Source of the DNA: Trichomonas gallinae
Lineage: Eukaryota
Assembly: GCA_008369845.1 (NCBI GenBank)
Contig: MRSU01007870.1
Span: 1 to 55,369, forward strand
DNA: 55,369 nucleotides
Reading direction: 5' to 3'
Shown: piece after piece, positions 20,307 to 29,022 of the stretch
Position numbering within the stretch: position 1 is the first letter of the stretch
How the letters are laid out: the number at the start of each line of letters is the position of its first letter
Position numbers and translations under genes: made by a program
Notes under the pieces: generated by a model
What the model saw: the letters and a program-made list of their open reading frames with translations, nothing else
Database searches by the model: none
What the model was told of the DNA's origin: nothing

Positions 20307-23012
20307 ATGATTTTGATTTTTAGTTTATTTTTCGCTGAAGGTTGGTACAGAGTCAATATAAATGATGCGGATAACTTTAATTATAAGTTCGATCCAAAAT
20401 CATATGTTTCCAAAACGAAAAGAGATGTTTTCATCGATAAAACAAATTTTGAAATCTTCAAAAATTGCGAAATGACAAAACTTCAAACGAGAATGCCAAC
20501 TAGATCGACATTAGAATCAATTAATGCGAATTATATTGTTGAAACAACAAATAATTACGAATTTAGTGATTCAATTCCTGCGAAAAAACTTTATAATAAC
20601 TATTTTGTAATTGAAAATCCTTCAAAACATCAATTAGAGTCGATATATGAGGATAAACACATTCTTGACATTCAAATACAAGATCCAATAAAATTTAGCA
20701 CAAGATTCGAGGCTGGTTTTCTTGAAACAGGTAGCACAAACTTAGGTTACCAAAATGGATATATGGTTTCCCCAAGAACACTAAACTTAACTGGATCAAA
20801 TGAAATTATTACTGTTACTGATACTGGCATTGATTACAAACATCCAATGTTCTTTGATTCGAACATAGAACTTAAGCCAAACACCGAAAATATGAATCAT
20901 CGTAAGATTATTTATTATGATGCATGGAAAGATTTTATCGATCATGTTCCGGGCCATGGCACGCATACAGCCGCTATAATATCAGGCAAGGCAACGTGTG
21001 GTAACGTTATGCCATTATATAACGGCATTGCGCCTGATTCGAAATTAAATTTCTTAGATTTAGGCCTCGGAAACGCGAAAGACATATATGATAACTTCGA
21101 CAAGGAAGTCTTCATTAAAAGGATGAAATCATACAACAGTGGAATCGCTTCAAACAGCTGGGGAAACAAAGAAGAAGATGGAACAAAGATTTCAACATCT
21201 CTTTGGGACGAAATCGCATACAACAACTCTGATATTCTGTTCTTATTCGCTGCAGGCAACAACGCAAAAGAAATGACAATAGAAAGTCCGTCAGCAGCTA
21301 AAAACGTTTTCTGCGTCGGTGCAACAGAAGCAACACCTGGTCAAAAAATGTCTGACTCGAATTTGCCGCAGATTTTATTTGACGGCAAAGTTATTTCTCT
21401 GATACAGACACCGTGGTCTAAGAATTTATGGGATTTGATGCAAGGAGAAGAACCTGTTTTTGATGTTTCAAAGCCATTTTACACTACATCAGAAAGCAGC
21501 TGTGAGTCAATCAGTTCTGCTTCGAGTAATTCGAAAATTGTCATAATAAGAAACAGCATTGATTGCTCTGAAAGCCAATCAGTTGTTTTAGCTACAAATT
21601 CACAAGAAGATTTCGATGCAATCAAAAGTTCATCGAATGCCAATTTTTCGTTCAAGCTAAGCGAATACAATAGAGAAAAAAAGGCAGATTTCGCGAGCGC
21701 CGGACCAGCGTATTCTGGAATCCTTAAGCCTGACATTTCAGCTCCAGGAGAAGTTGTTGGTCCAGTCTCTTACGGAAGCGCATCATCCGAGAGAGAATGC
21801 ACAGTTAAAACTCTCAACAAATTCAGCGGTACGTCAGAAGCAACACCTATGATTGCCGGCCTTGCTACACTTTTGCGTGAGAAACTTCGTGGAATCGGTC
21901 ATGTTCCAACTTCTTCGCTTCTCAAATCTATGCTCATTGCTTCATCGCCTGACGACTATTCATTAGATCTCGGCCACGGAATTCCACAGCTTAATCGAGT
22001 TCTTAATTCTTCATTCGCAGATAATCAAAAGATTTCCGGTTTGTCTCATTTAGCAGCAGAGTTTGATTCCGAGACAGGAGAAGTCACTGCTTCTATATCA
22101 TGGCTGGATCCTGTTCTTCCTAGAGACGCTGCATATCCAATCTATGCAGATCTCGATTTAGTCCTCGAAGATCCAAATGGAAAATATTATTATGTTTCGA
22201 AGAATTTCGCAATTTTAACAACAAACAAGAAAATTATTGCAAAATCTGTGGCAGGAAAATGGAAAGCTCACGTTTTGTCTGCAAACTTCGACGGAGAAGT
22301 TTCATTTGCATTTTCAGTTGTCAACAACAAATTCGAAGAAATCTCATTCAAAGCAGAAACAAAGTGTTTAATAGATTCATGCAACTGCAACAGCAAAGGG
22401 GTCTGCAAATGCGAAAGTGGCTATGCTGGAAACACATGTGACATAAAGATGAGAGAATCCAACACATTTCTCGGTGCTTCGTTGGCTTATTTCAAATTTA
22501 CAGTCCCAGAGATAAACAAGCCGCGTCTCGACATCAAATTCCGCGGAAGTGGTTCATTTTATCTGATTAAAGGTGACTCGTGGTATCCGCATGACAGCTT
22601 TGGATCAATCGATTTCAGGAATGTTGCATCTACTGAGACTCATTCCAACTATGAAGTTCTTGAGCCAGGGACAAACATAACAATTGTCGCGCGAACATTT
22701 AATTCTGGCAGCATCAAATTTGAATTTGTTGACTCATCCTTTATTCCTGCCACACCATGCCCGAGCGCATCAGAGGTTCCAGTTCAAACTCCAGCAATTC
22801 CGCCAATAAGAACAAATTTCCCGACACCTGATGATAATAATGACGACGAAGAAATTGTAATTTTCTGGAAGGAACCTTTTGCGTTTCCTTTGATGCTGGC
22901 AGCTTGTGTTCTCGCTGGTGTTATGATGATCATCGTGATTGCTTTAATCACAATCAAACTATGCAAGAAACCAGCTGCAATCAGAACAACTGACGTCCCA
23001 CTTGTTATTTAG
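20307..23012 (+). CDS. Subtilisin-like serine protease (S8) with signal peptide, EGF-like domain and C-terminal TM helix
   Basis: Catalytic D (VTDTG), H (GHGTHTA), oxyanion N (FAAGN), KPDISAPG, S (SGTSEATP); Cys-rich CNSKGVCKCESGYAGNTC; Pro-rich stalk; TM LMLAACVLAGVMMIIVIALITI. ATG 20307 gives signal peptide MILIFSLFFAEG (ORF opens at 20235). Confidence 0.9.
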   Translation: MILIFSLFFAEGWYRVNINDADNFNYKFDPKSYVSKTKRDVFIDKTNFEIFKNCEMTKLQTRMPTRSTLESINANYIVETTNNYEFSDSIPAKKLYNNYFVIENPSKHQLESIYEDKHILDIQIQDPIKFSTRFEAGFLETGSTNLGYQNGYMVSPRTLNLTGSNEIITVTDTGIDYKHPMFFDSNIELKPNTENMNHRKIIYYDAWKDFIDHVPGHGTHTAAIISGKATCGNVMPLYNGIAPDSKLNFLDLGLGNAKDIYDNFDKEVFIKRMKSYNSGIASNSWGNKEEDGTKISTSLWDEIAYNNSDILFLFAAGNNAKEMTIESPSAAKNVFCVGATEATPGQKMSDSNLPQILFDGKVISLIQTPWSKNLWDLMQGEEPVFDVSKPFYTTSESSCESISSASSNSKIVIIRNSIDCSESQSVVLATNSQEDFDAIKSSSNANFSFKLSEYNREKKADFASAGPAYSGILKPDISAPGEVVGPVSYGSASSERECTVKTLNKFSGTSEATPMIAGLATLLREKLRGIGHVPTSSLLKSMLIASSPDDYSLDLGHGIPQLNRVLNSSFADNQKISGLSHLAAEFDSETGEVTASISWLDPVLPRDAAYPIYADLDLVLEDPNGKYYYVSKNFAILTTNKKIIAKSVAGKWKAHVLSANFDGEVSFAFSVVNNKFEEISFKAETKCLIDSCNCNSKGVCKCESGYAGNTCDIKMRESNTFLGASLAYFKFTVPEINKPRLDIKFRGSGSFYLIKGDSWYPHDSFGSIDFRNVASTETHSNYEVLEPGTNITIVARTFNSGSIKFEFVDSSFIPATPCPSASEVPVQTPAIPPIRTNFPTPDDNNDDEEIVIFWKEPFAFPLMLAACVLAGVMMIIVIALITIKLCKKPAAIRTTDVPLVI

Positions 23013-23344
23013 TGTAATAATAAATTTTGTGTTTAATTATATTATTCTAAACATTAATTTGCTAACCAATCTTCAGACTATATTAAAGCATGAATAATTC
23101 ATTTATTAATATCATTATTGTAACTGTCTGGCAATTTCAAACTTAACTGCAAAAAAAAAAATTATATACGAATAATATTTTCGAAAAGAGAACATGAAAA
23201 GGTTTAGTTGGACAGATTTTTTGGTAAACTCACAAAACATATGATATCAGGAGTGTTTCCAGGTTTGTTGTTGTTTTTAATAAATTTGCTAAAAAGAAGA
23301 AAACTTAACAAAAAGAAAATTTATATAAAAATACAGATATATTA

Positions 23345-26300
23345 TTACTTCTTTGATAAGAGTGGTGTCATACCATTGTCCTCTCTCCTCTTCTTCTCGT
23401 ATATTGCCATTTGCCTGAACAGCTTCTTGAGCATGAAGTTGATACCGATAGTTGCGATTGTGTGGCAGACGGCAGCAGCGATAAGAAGATAGGAGCCCTT
23501 GAGGAGGGATGTGATGACATCGAAGCATGTCAAGTGATCCTTGATCAAGTCTTCTTCAGCAAAATAGTTCTTAGTGATGACATCGACAAGGATGCATTTG
23601 TCGCCGACCATGAATTTAGCGAGCTGTGAGATTTCCATAACAGCAGCGACGATGGCGATGACGAAAACATCCAAGCAAGCCCATGAGTACATGTACTCGC
23701 ACATCTTCTCCAAGAAGTGGATTGTCTTGATCCTGAGAGGGATGAACCAGACGACGCAGAGGCCGATCATGTGGATCAAAGGCATGATGTTTGTAACTAA
23801 AACATAAACCGCTTGTGTACATCTAATTGTAAACGAGTTAGGTTGCTCGGCAGCCTTCGGGAGCTGCAAGCCGAGGTCAATGACAGAGTATTCTCTGTAC
23901 TGCTCAGCGTTCAAGAGCTGAAGAGCCCAGCCAGCGAGGCCGACGAATTCGAATGAGAAAGTCTTCATGTAGCTACCGAAAATGAAGAGAATGATGCTGA
24001 AAACAAGTGAAAGAGATACAATGTTCTTGATGATGAGTCCATCTGCCCACACATAAACGACGAACGACTCCTTCTCGAGCATGTGCTGCTTGAGAGTCAT
24101 CTTCTTTTTGCCTGGCTTTGAATCTGGGACGAGTGGAGACTCTGGGTCTGCTGCTGGTGGGTTAGGATCGACGTTGTCGGCTTTCTTCTTACCCTTCTTC
24201 GACTTTGGATTGTCTTGTGTTGGTTCCATGTCGTTCAACTCGACTTCCATCGTGATTCTCCTCTTCTTCTTAGCCTTGCCTTTATTCTTGTTGTCCTTTC
24301 CTGTTGTGCGCGCTGGAAGGTCATCGGAATATGAGTACGAGTAAGAATAAGAGATAGAGTATTCATCAGCCAATTCTTTCTTTCTCTTCTTCTCTTCTTC
24401 TTCATATAAAAGTTCAATCTCGTGATCTTTCAGCTTTTCCTTATCTACGTAGCGCTCGGCGGCAAGGATGACCTGAGAGCACAAAAGAGAGAGAATTGTA
24501 CCAACGACTAATGTAATGAAACCGTAAGCAGGGAAAACGAATAAGTTAATTTGGAAAACGTTGAGATCGTCGATTGGTGGAAGGCTGATCTTCATTCTGA
24601 AGGCGATAAGCATAAGAATCATGACATAGGAGTCGATAAGAGACCACTTACCGAGAAGATCCAAAATTGCGATAGCTTTTTGACGCTGATGTGGTTTGAT
24701 CTTAGTAGCTGGCATGCACCAGACAACAAACATAAAGACGATCTTTGTATATGGCCATGCACAAGACATAATTGCAATCAAAACAGCGAGAACGATAGCT
24801 CCTGAGTGCCACATATCAAGGATGGAGTTGATGAGACCGAAATCAAACACTGATGGGAGCTCAACGTGCTTTCCTGTAACTCCGAGATAAAACTTTGCGA
24901 AAACTGAAGCACCAAGACCAGTATTTGACGAAACAAAGAGTGCAAAAGTCAATAAGAGGATGAATGGAATCAATAACCTGAACCAAATTGGTAATTTCTT
25001 GGTCATCAAAAGCGAAGCAAATTGGTCATCGCGGAAGAAGCTCTTTCTGAGGCTCTTGCAGTTGTTGACGAAGAATATAACAAAGATGGCAAGGAAAACG
25101 CCAAATCCACCGAGAACAGCGAGTGACATAAATGTTGAAAAGTTATCAATATCTTTATACGGTGGATCTTCTTTTGGCTTACACTCTGCTTCATCGATCT
25201 TTGTGCTAATTAGATCGTTAACCAATGGAATAACTTTATCGTGTAAGATTCCAGTCACGAAAGCTCCTGTAAACTTACCGTAATGGGCGGAAATGTAGTC
25301 GAATAAATAGTTAACGGCTCTATTGAGATTATCTTGCAACGATCCTGTAGTAAGATTTATTGAAGCCTCAGCTAATGTTGTACTGAGGTTGAAATTAGTA
25401 AATCCAGTACCTTGTGATGAAAATAATGCACCAATGCAGTCGACATCAATGCATTGAGCACTTGAATAATCATTTCCTCGTCCTTCTGGAAGAGCGAGCT
25501 GCGCGATGAAGCCTATTTTGTTGTCATCCAATACAATTCGAACTTCAACTTTTTGACCAAGTTGAATATTACTTGTATTTAATTCTTTCAAGTCTAAAGT
25601 CACAGCAGCTCCTACATCAAAGTGCTTTAAACCAATATTTGTGTGTAGCTCATAGTGAGAAATGACATGAAGAAGCGAAACATCGTGGAATGTGTTGAGA
25701 CCATCGATGAAAAAGTCGTCTAGTGAAATCCTGAGCGAGTAATTGAGAGATGGTAAAGGAACTTCGAAAACTGTTGTGAAATTAAAGAAATCTTTCATAG
25801 AATCAGTGATTTCGAGCAAATCTTTTAATGTAAATTTGCCTGTGTTCTTCGTAACACGATTGAGAAGCTTGTTTAGATCGAATGGGCCGTCATTTTCAAT
25901 GAGAGTGTCAAAAATATAACGAAGAGCCTTGAAGAGAACGTTTGTATCAAGTTCAATAACTTTATCATCAAACGGAAGAACGTAAGGTATGGAACCATTC
26001 AGGTTAACTCTTACCATGTCGTTGAAAGGCTTAATCATTTCAGTGATATTTGGACCTAATTTTTGAATTTGAGGGCAAGCTAAAGGACCGATTTGATTCT
26101 TAAAAGCTGAAATCGCTGGTGCAAGAATTGCAAGACCTGCTTGCGCAGATCTTATAGTCAAATCATCTATTTGAATGTTACACATCGGGGGAGGATAAAT
26201 ATAAGTATCAATAATGAATCCATCAGAGTCCTGTGTAAATCTTATTGAAAGAGATACTGTAACACCCTTGGCATAAGCTGTAAATGGTCCAGAAGACAAT

Positions 26301-26569
26301 GCATCGTAATAAACACCATTGGCGATAAGCTGATTAAGAAAAATTTGAATACTAAAATCGTTATCAAACAGCGTTGTTTCTTCATCGAATTCAAAATCGA
26401 AGTTCGCCAAATCGATTGAGTGAACGATAATATCTCTCATTCCAATACCTGCGCCAATATTGACATTTCCTTCTATTGGAATAACTAATGATGCGACGAA
26501 GCAATGGAGATCGCAAATATCGTCGTAGTCTGTGGATCTGGATAAGGTAAATAAGAACAGCAAAAACAT
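23345..26569 (-). CDS. Polytopic membrane protein: signal peptide, BPI/TULIP-like ectodomain and two PqiA/LetA-like TM domains
   Basis: PqiA-like motifs: FGLINSILDMWHSGAIVLAVLIAIMSCAWPYTK...LGKWSLIDSYVMILML and YSVIDLG...IMPLIH...YSWACLDVFVIAIVAAV. ATG 26569 (MFLLFLFTLSRS) follows TCATA. The CDS is secure; the ectodomain call is tentative. Confidence 0.7.
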   Translation of the reverse strand: MFLLFLFTLSRSTDYDDICDLHCFVASLVIPIEGNVNIGAGIGMRDIIVHSIDLANFDFEFDEETTLFDNDFSIQIFLNQLIANGVYYDALSSGPFTAYAKGVTVSLSIRFTQDSDGFIIDTYIYPPPMCNIQIDDLTIRSAQAGLAILAPAISAFKNQIGPLACPQIQKLGPNITEMIKPFNDMVRVNLNGSIPYVLPFDDKVIELDTNVLFKALRYIFDTLIENDGPFDLNKLLNRVTKNTGKFTLKDLLEITDSMKDFFNFTTVFEVPLPSLNYSLRISLDDFFIDGLNTFHDVSLLHVISHYELHTNIGLKHFDVGAAVTLDLKELNTSNIQLGQKVEVRIVLDDNKIGFIAQLALPEGRGNDYSSAQCIDVDCIGALFSSQGTGFTNFNLSTTLAEASINLTTGSLQDNLNRAVNYLFDYISAHYGKFTGAFVTGILHDKVIPLVNDLISTKIDEAECKPKEDPPYKDIDNFSTFMSLAVLGGFGVFLAIFVIFFVNNCKSLRKSFFRDDQFASLLMTKKLPIWFRLLIPFILLLTFALFVSSNTGLGASVFAKFYLGVTGKHVELPSVFDFGLINSILDMWHSGAIVLAVLIAIMSCAWPYTKIVFMFVVWCMPATKIKPHQRQKAIAILDLLGKWSLIDSYVMILMLIAFRMKISLPPIDDLNVFQINLFVFPAYGFITLVVGTILSLLCSQVILAAERYVDKEKLKDHEIELLYEEEEKKRKKELADEYSISYSYSYSYSDDLPARTTGKDNKNKGKAKKKRRITMEVELNDMEPTQDNPKSKKGKKKADNVDPNPPAADPESPLVPDSKPGKKKMTLKQHMLEKESFVVYVWADGLIIKNIVSLSLVFSIILFIFGSYMKTFSFEFVGLAGWALQLLNAEQYREYSVIDLGLQLPKAAEQPNSFTIRCTQAVYVLVTNIMPLIHMIGLCVVWFIPLRIKTIHFLEKMCEYMYSWACLDVFVIAIVAAVMEISQLAKFMVGDKCILVDVITKNYFAEEDLIKDHLTCFDVITSLLKGSYLLIAAAVCHTIATIGINFMLKKLFRQMAIYEKKRREDNGMTPLLSKK

Positions 26570-27129
26570 TATGATGGTCAATTATGTAAATTTGCGTAAT
26601 ACTTAAAATTTTTGGAACTCGTCGAGAAAACGCATTAGAAAGTGTTATTTTATGATCGAAAATAAAATAAATTTATCGGAAAAATCTTCTTTTGCTCAAA
26701 ATAATGCTAATATATATGTGTAGTTGTTTAATAGCTATGATGTGAAATTACGTCATATTTAGAATTTGTAACGTTTCAAAAAGCGGAAAATTATAATCAC
26801 AAATATGTGATCAAAACATGCTTTAGAAGTATATATTTGGGATTATTAACTTTTGACTCAGAAATAATCGTATTTATATTTTTTCAGAGAACTAAGGTGT
26901 GTCAATAGAAACCTTAATATAGAACAGTCATACTTTCTCATAATATCATGGTTGCCTTCGCCAGATGGGCTGCAGATTCATTCGAGAGCACTTTTTTGAT
27001 GTTGGAATTTCTCGGCATCATAAGTGTAAATCATTCAATATTTGAATAGTTTACGCATCTCGTGCACTTTTTCTTAAAAAAAAACTCTTTACATGGCAAA
27101 AACAATTCTGCAAAAATATATCAATTATA

Positions 27130-27310
27130 GTTATCTAAATATTAAATCTATATAGATAACAAATTGAAAAAATGTAAATCGATTTACGGGCGTAAAAGCG
27201 TTTGTGAATATGTTGCAAAATTTTGATAAAAGAGTGTGACTTTTTATATGATTATTTTCATTTCTGATTTTTTCGATTTTCAATTTAATTTAATCGTAGT
27301 TTACTTAATT
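27130..27310 (-). repeat. Dispersed non-coding repeat, copy B (inverted relative to 7440-7600)
   Basis: Reverse complement carries the exact 23-mer and 14-mer of copy A in the same order. Confidence 0.7.
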
Positions 27311-27765
27311 TTTCCCCAAAACAAATGGTGAGTAAGACTCAGACTGCTGTTCTGTTTATAGTATTAACCCATCGTATAGGTTTTACTCTTATGATATCTA
27401 AGAGGATCATATGGGCATTTTGGAGATAATTATTCAGCTTCTCAAAACTTATAAATAAAGATAATCACGTAATCCTTATAAAGAATTTCATGAAATATGG
27501 AGTTTAAAATGAAGAAAAATACAAATTACAGTTTAAATATTAATTCACGATATATAAATATTCAGCATATCTTAAATATGTATTAGTATTTAAGTTATTT
27601 ACTTGCAAAATACATATTTATTGATACTTTATGTTGTGCTTTAGCTACAATTCAATTCAAATTAACAAATATGGAAGAATAAAGAAGTTTGATAGACAAA
27701 CAATACAAACAAACCAGTTTATTATAATATAAGTTAATAAAACGTATAGAGCTGCCTAAGATTTT

Positions 27766-28803
27766 TCAATGATTATTTAATGAGTGATCCTTTAGCCTTG
27801 TCAATAAGAAATCAGCCAATAATTCAGGACAAATGAATCTTGCAACTTGAATATCTAACTTTGAAGGTGCTTCTTGATCTGCAAATTGAACAATGACGTA
27901 AAATCTTGGTAATTCGCGTATAAACTTCAGTATTTTAATTATTTTTCGTGGATAATTTAAAGGCTTTAATATCAATGAATTATCTGTTGAAATTTTAAAT
28001 GGATCATCTTCTGGGATTTCTATCTCCAATATATTGCGTTGGTTTCTATCTAATCTTGCTGAGCTTCTCGTTTTATTAGCATTCATTTGTTCTGAACGCT
28101 CCAACAAATTAATATTTTTAATATCGCGTTTTGTTGATTCTTTTTTCTTTTCTTTCTTTTGTACTGCTTCTTGCTTCTTTTCAGATTTTGATATTTTCTC
28201 TTTTTCTGAATTTTTCTCTTGTTTTTCTTCTATTTTTGATTTCTTATTATTTTCTTGTTTTGCTACAACTTTATTTGTAGATGTTGAATCTATTAAGTCT
28301 TGTTTCATGTGTATTTTTTGAATTTTCTCTGGATTTGCAATAATTTTTGCTTTATAATTCGTTTTTTCCGGTTTTACATCAACTTTATTAGTCGATTTAT
28401 GTATGATTTGTTCATTTTTGGTTTCATTTTTCGGAATTTTCTTTTGTTTAGACTCAATTTTTGGTTTAATCTCGGTTTCTGTTATTTTTTCTTCTTTTGC
28501 TGTATAGACAATGTCATTTTCCTGTGATCCATACCTGATAGCAGTTCTTATATCTTCAGAAACATCTTCATTAGGATAAAATTTAAGAAAGAGCAATGCA
28601 TCCTGTTTATTTAGTTGCAGATATACATTGATATCATCATAGCATTCCTTAATATTATCATAAAGTTCCCATGAAGGTTCATAATTTGTCCATTCTACCT
28701 TGAATTCTAGTTTATTCTTATCAGAAGGAGATATTCGCATACCTGAAAAATGAGTGAACTCGTCTTTTTCTTCTTTTTCTTCTTTTAAATTAGGCCCAGA
28801 CAT
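27766..28803 (-). CDS. HP1-like protein (chromodomain, Lys/Glu-rich hinge, chromoshadow-like domain)
   Basis: N-terminal EFKVEWTNYEPSWELYDNIKEC matches chromodomain (Y.vKW.g....tWE...Nl.c); C-terminal KILKFIRELPRFYVIVQFADQEAPSKLDIQVARFICPELLADFL resembles chromoshadow (a...cP..vi.Fye). Confidence 0.7.
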   Translation of the reverse strand: MSGPNLKEEKEEKDEFTHFSGMRISPSDKNKLEFKVEWTNYEPSWELYDNIKECYDDINVYLQLNKQDALLFLKFYPNEDVSEDIRTAIRYGSQENDIVYTAKEEKITETEIKPKIESKQKKIPKNETKNEQIIHKSTNKVDVKPEKTNYKAKIIANPEKIQKIHMKQDLIDSTSTNKVVAKQENNKKSKIEEKQEKNSEKEKISKSEKKQEAVQKKEKKKESTKRDIKNINLLERSEQMNANKTRSSARLDRNQRNILEIEIPEDDPFKISTDNSLILKPLNYPRKIIKILKFIRELPRFYVIVQFADQEAPSKLDIQVARFICPELLADFLLTRLKDHSLNNH

Positions 28804-29022
28804 TCCACCAAAAAAATGAAAAATAAAAGTTTACGTGTCAGAAAATATTTCATCCCCTATAATATATTCCAAGCCCCTATGTTATATTTTCAAAAATTTA
28901 AATACAGCCTTTTTTGATACGAGTAATGATTAAAATGGGCATCCTAAACTCTTATTTTGATTAACCACAAAAAATATGAAAATGAATTTACAAATAAACA
29001 AAGAACAATAGCATATGTGTGA

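Noticed and set aside
7440..27310. Maverick/Polinton bounded by the inverted repeats (the size would fit)
   Set aside because: The interior holds ordinary host genes (STK36, Brr2, subtilase); no DNA polymerase B, integrase, packaging ATPase or capsid; the repeats are short and diverged.
26920..27430. snRNA/snoRNA in the GC-richer patches flanking repeat copy B
   Set aside because: No U1, U2, U5 or U6 signature or convincing paired C/D boxes found by eye; needs a covariance-model scan.
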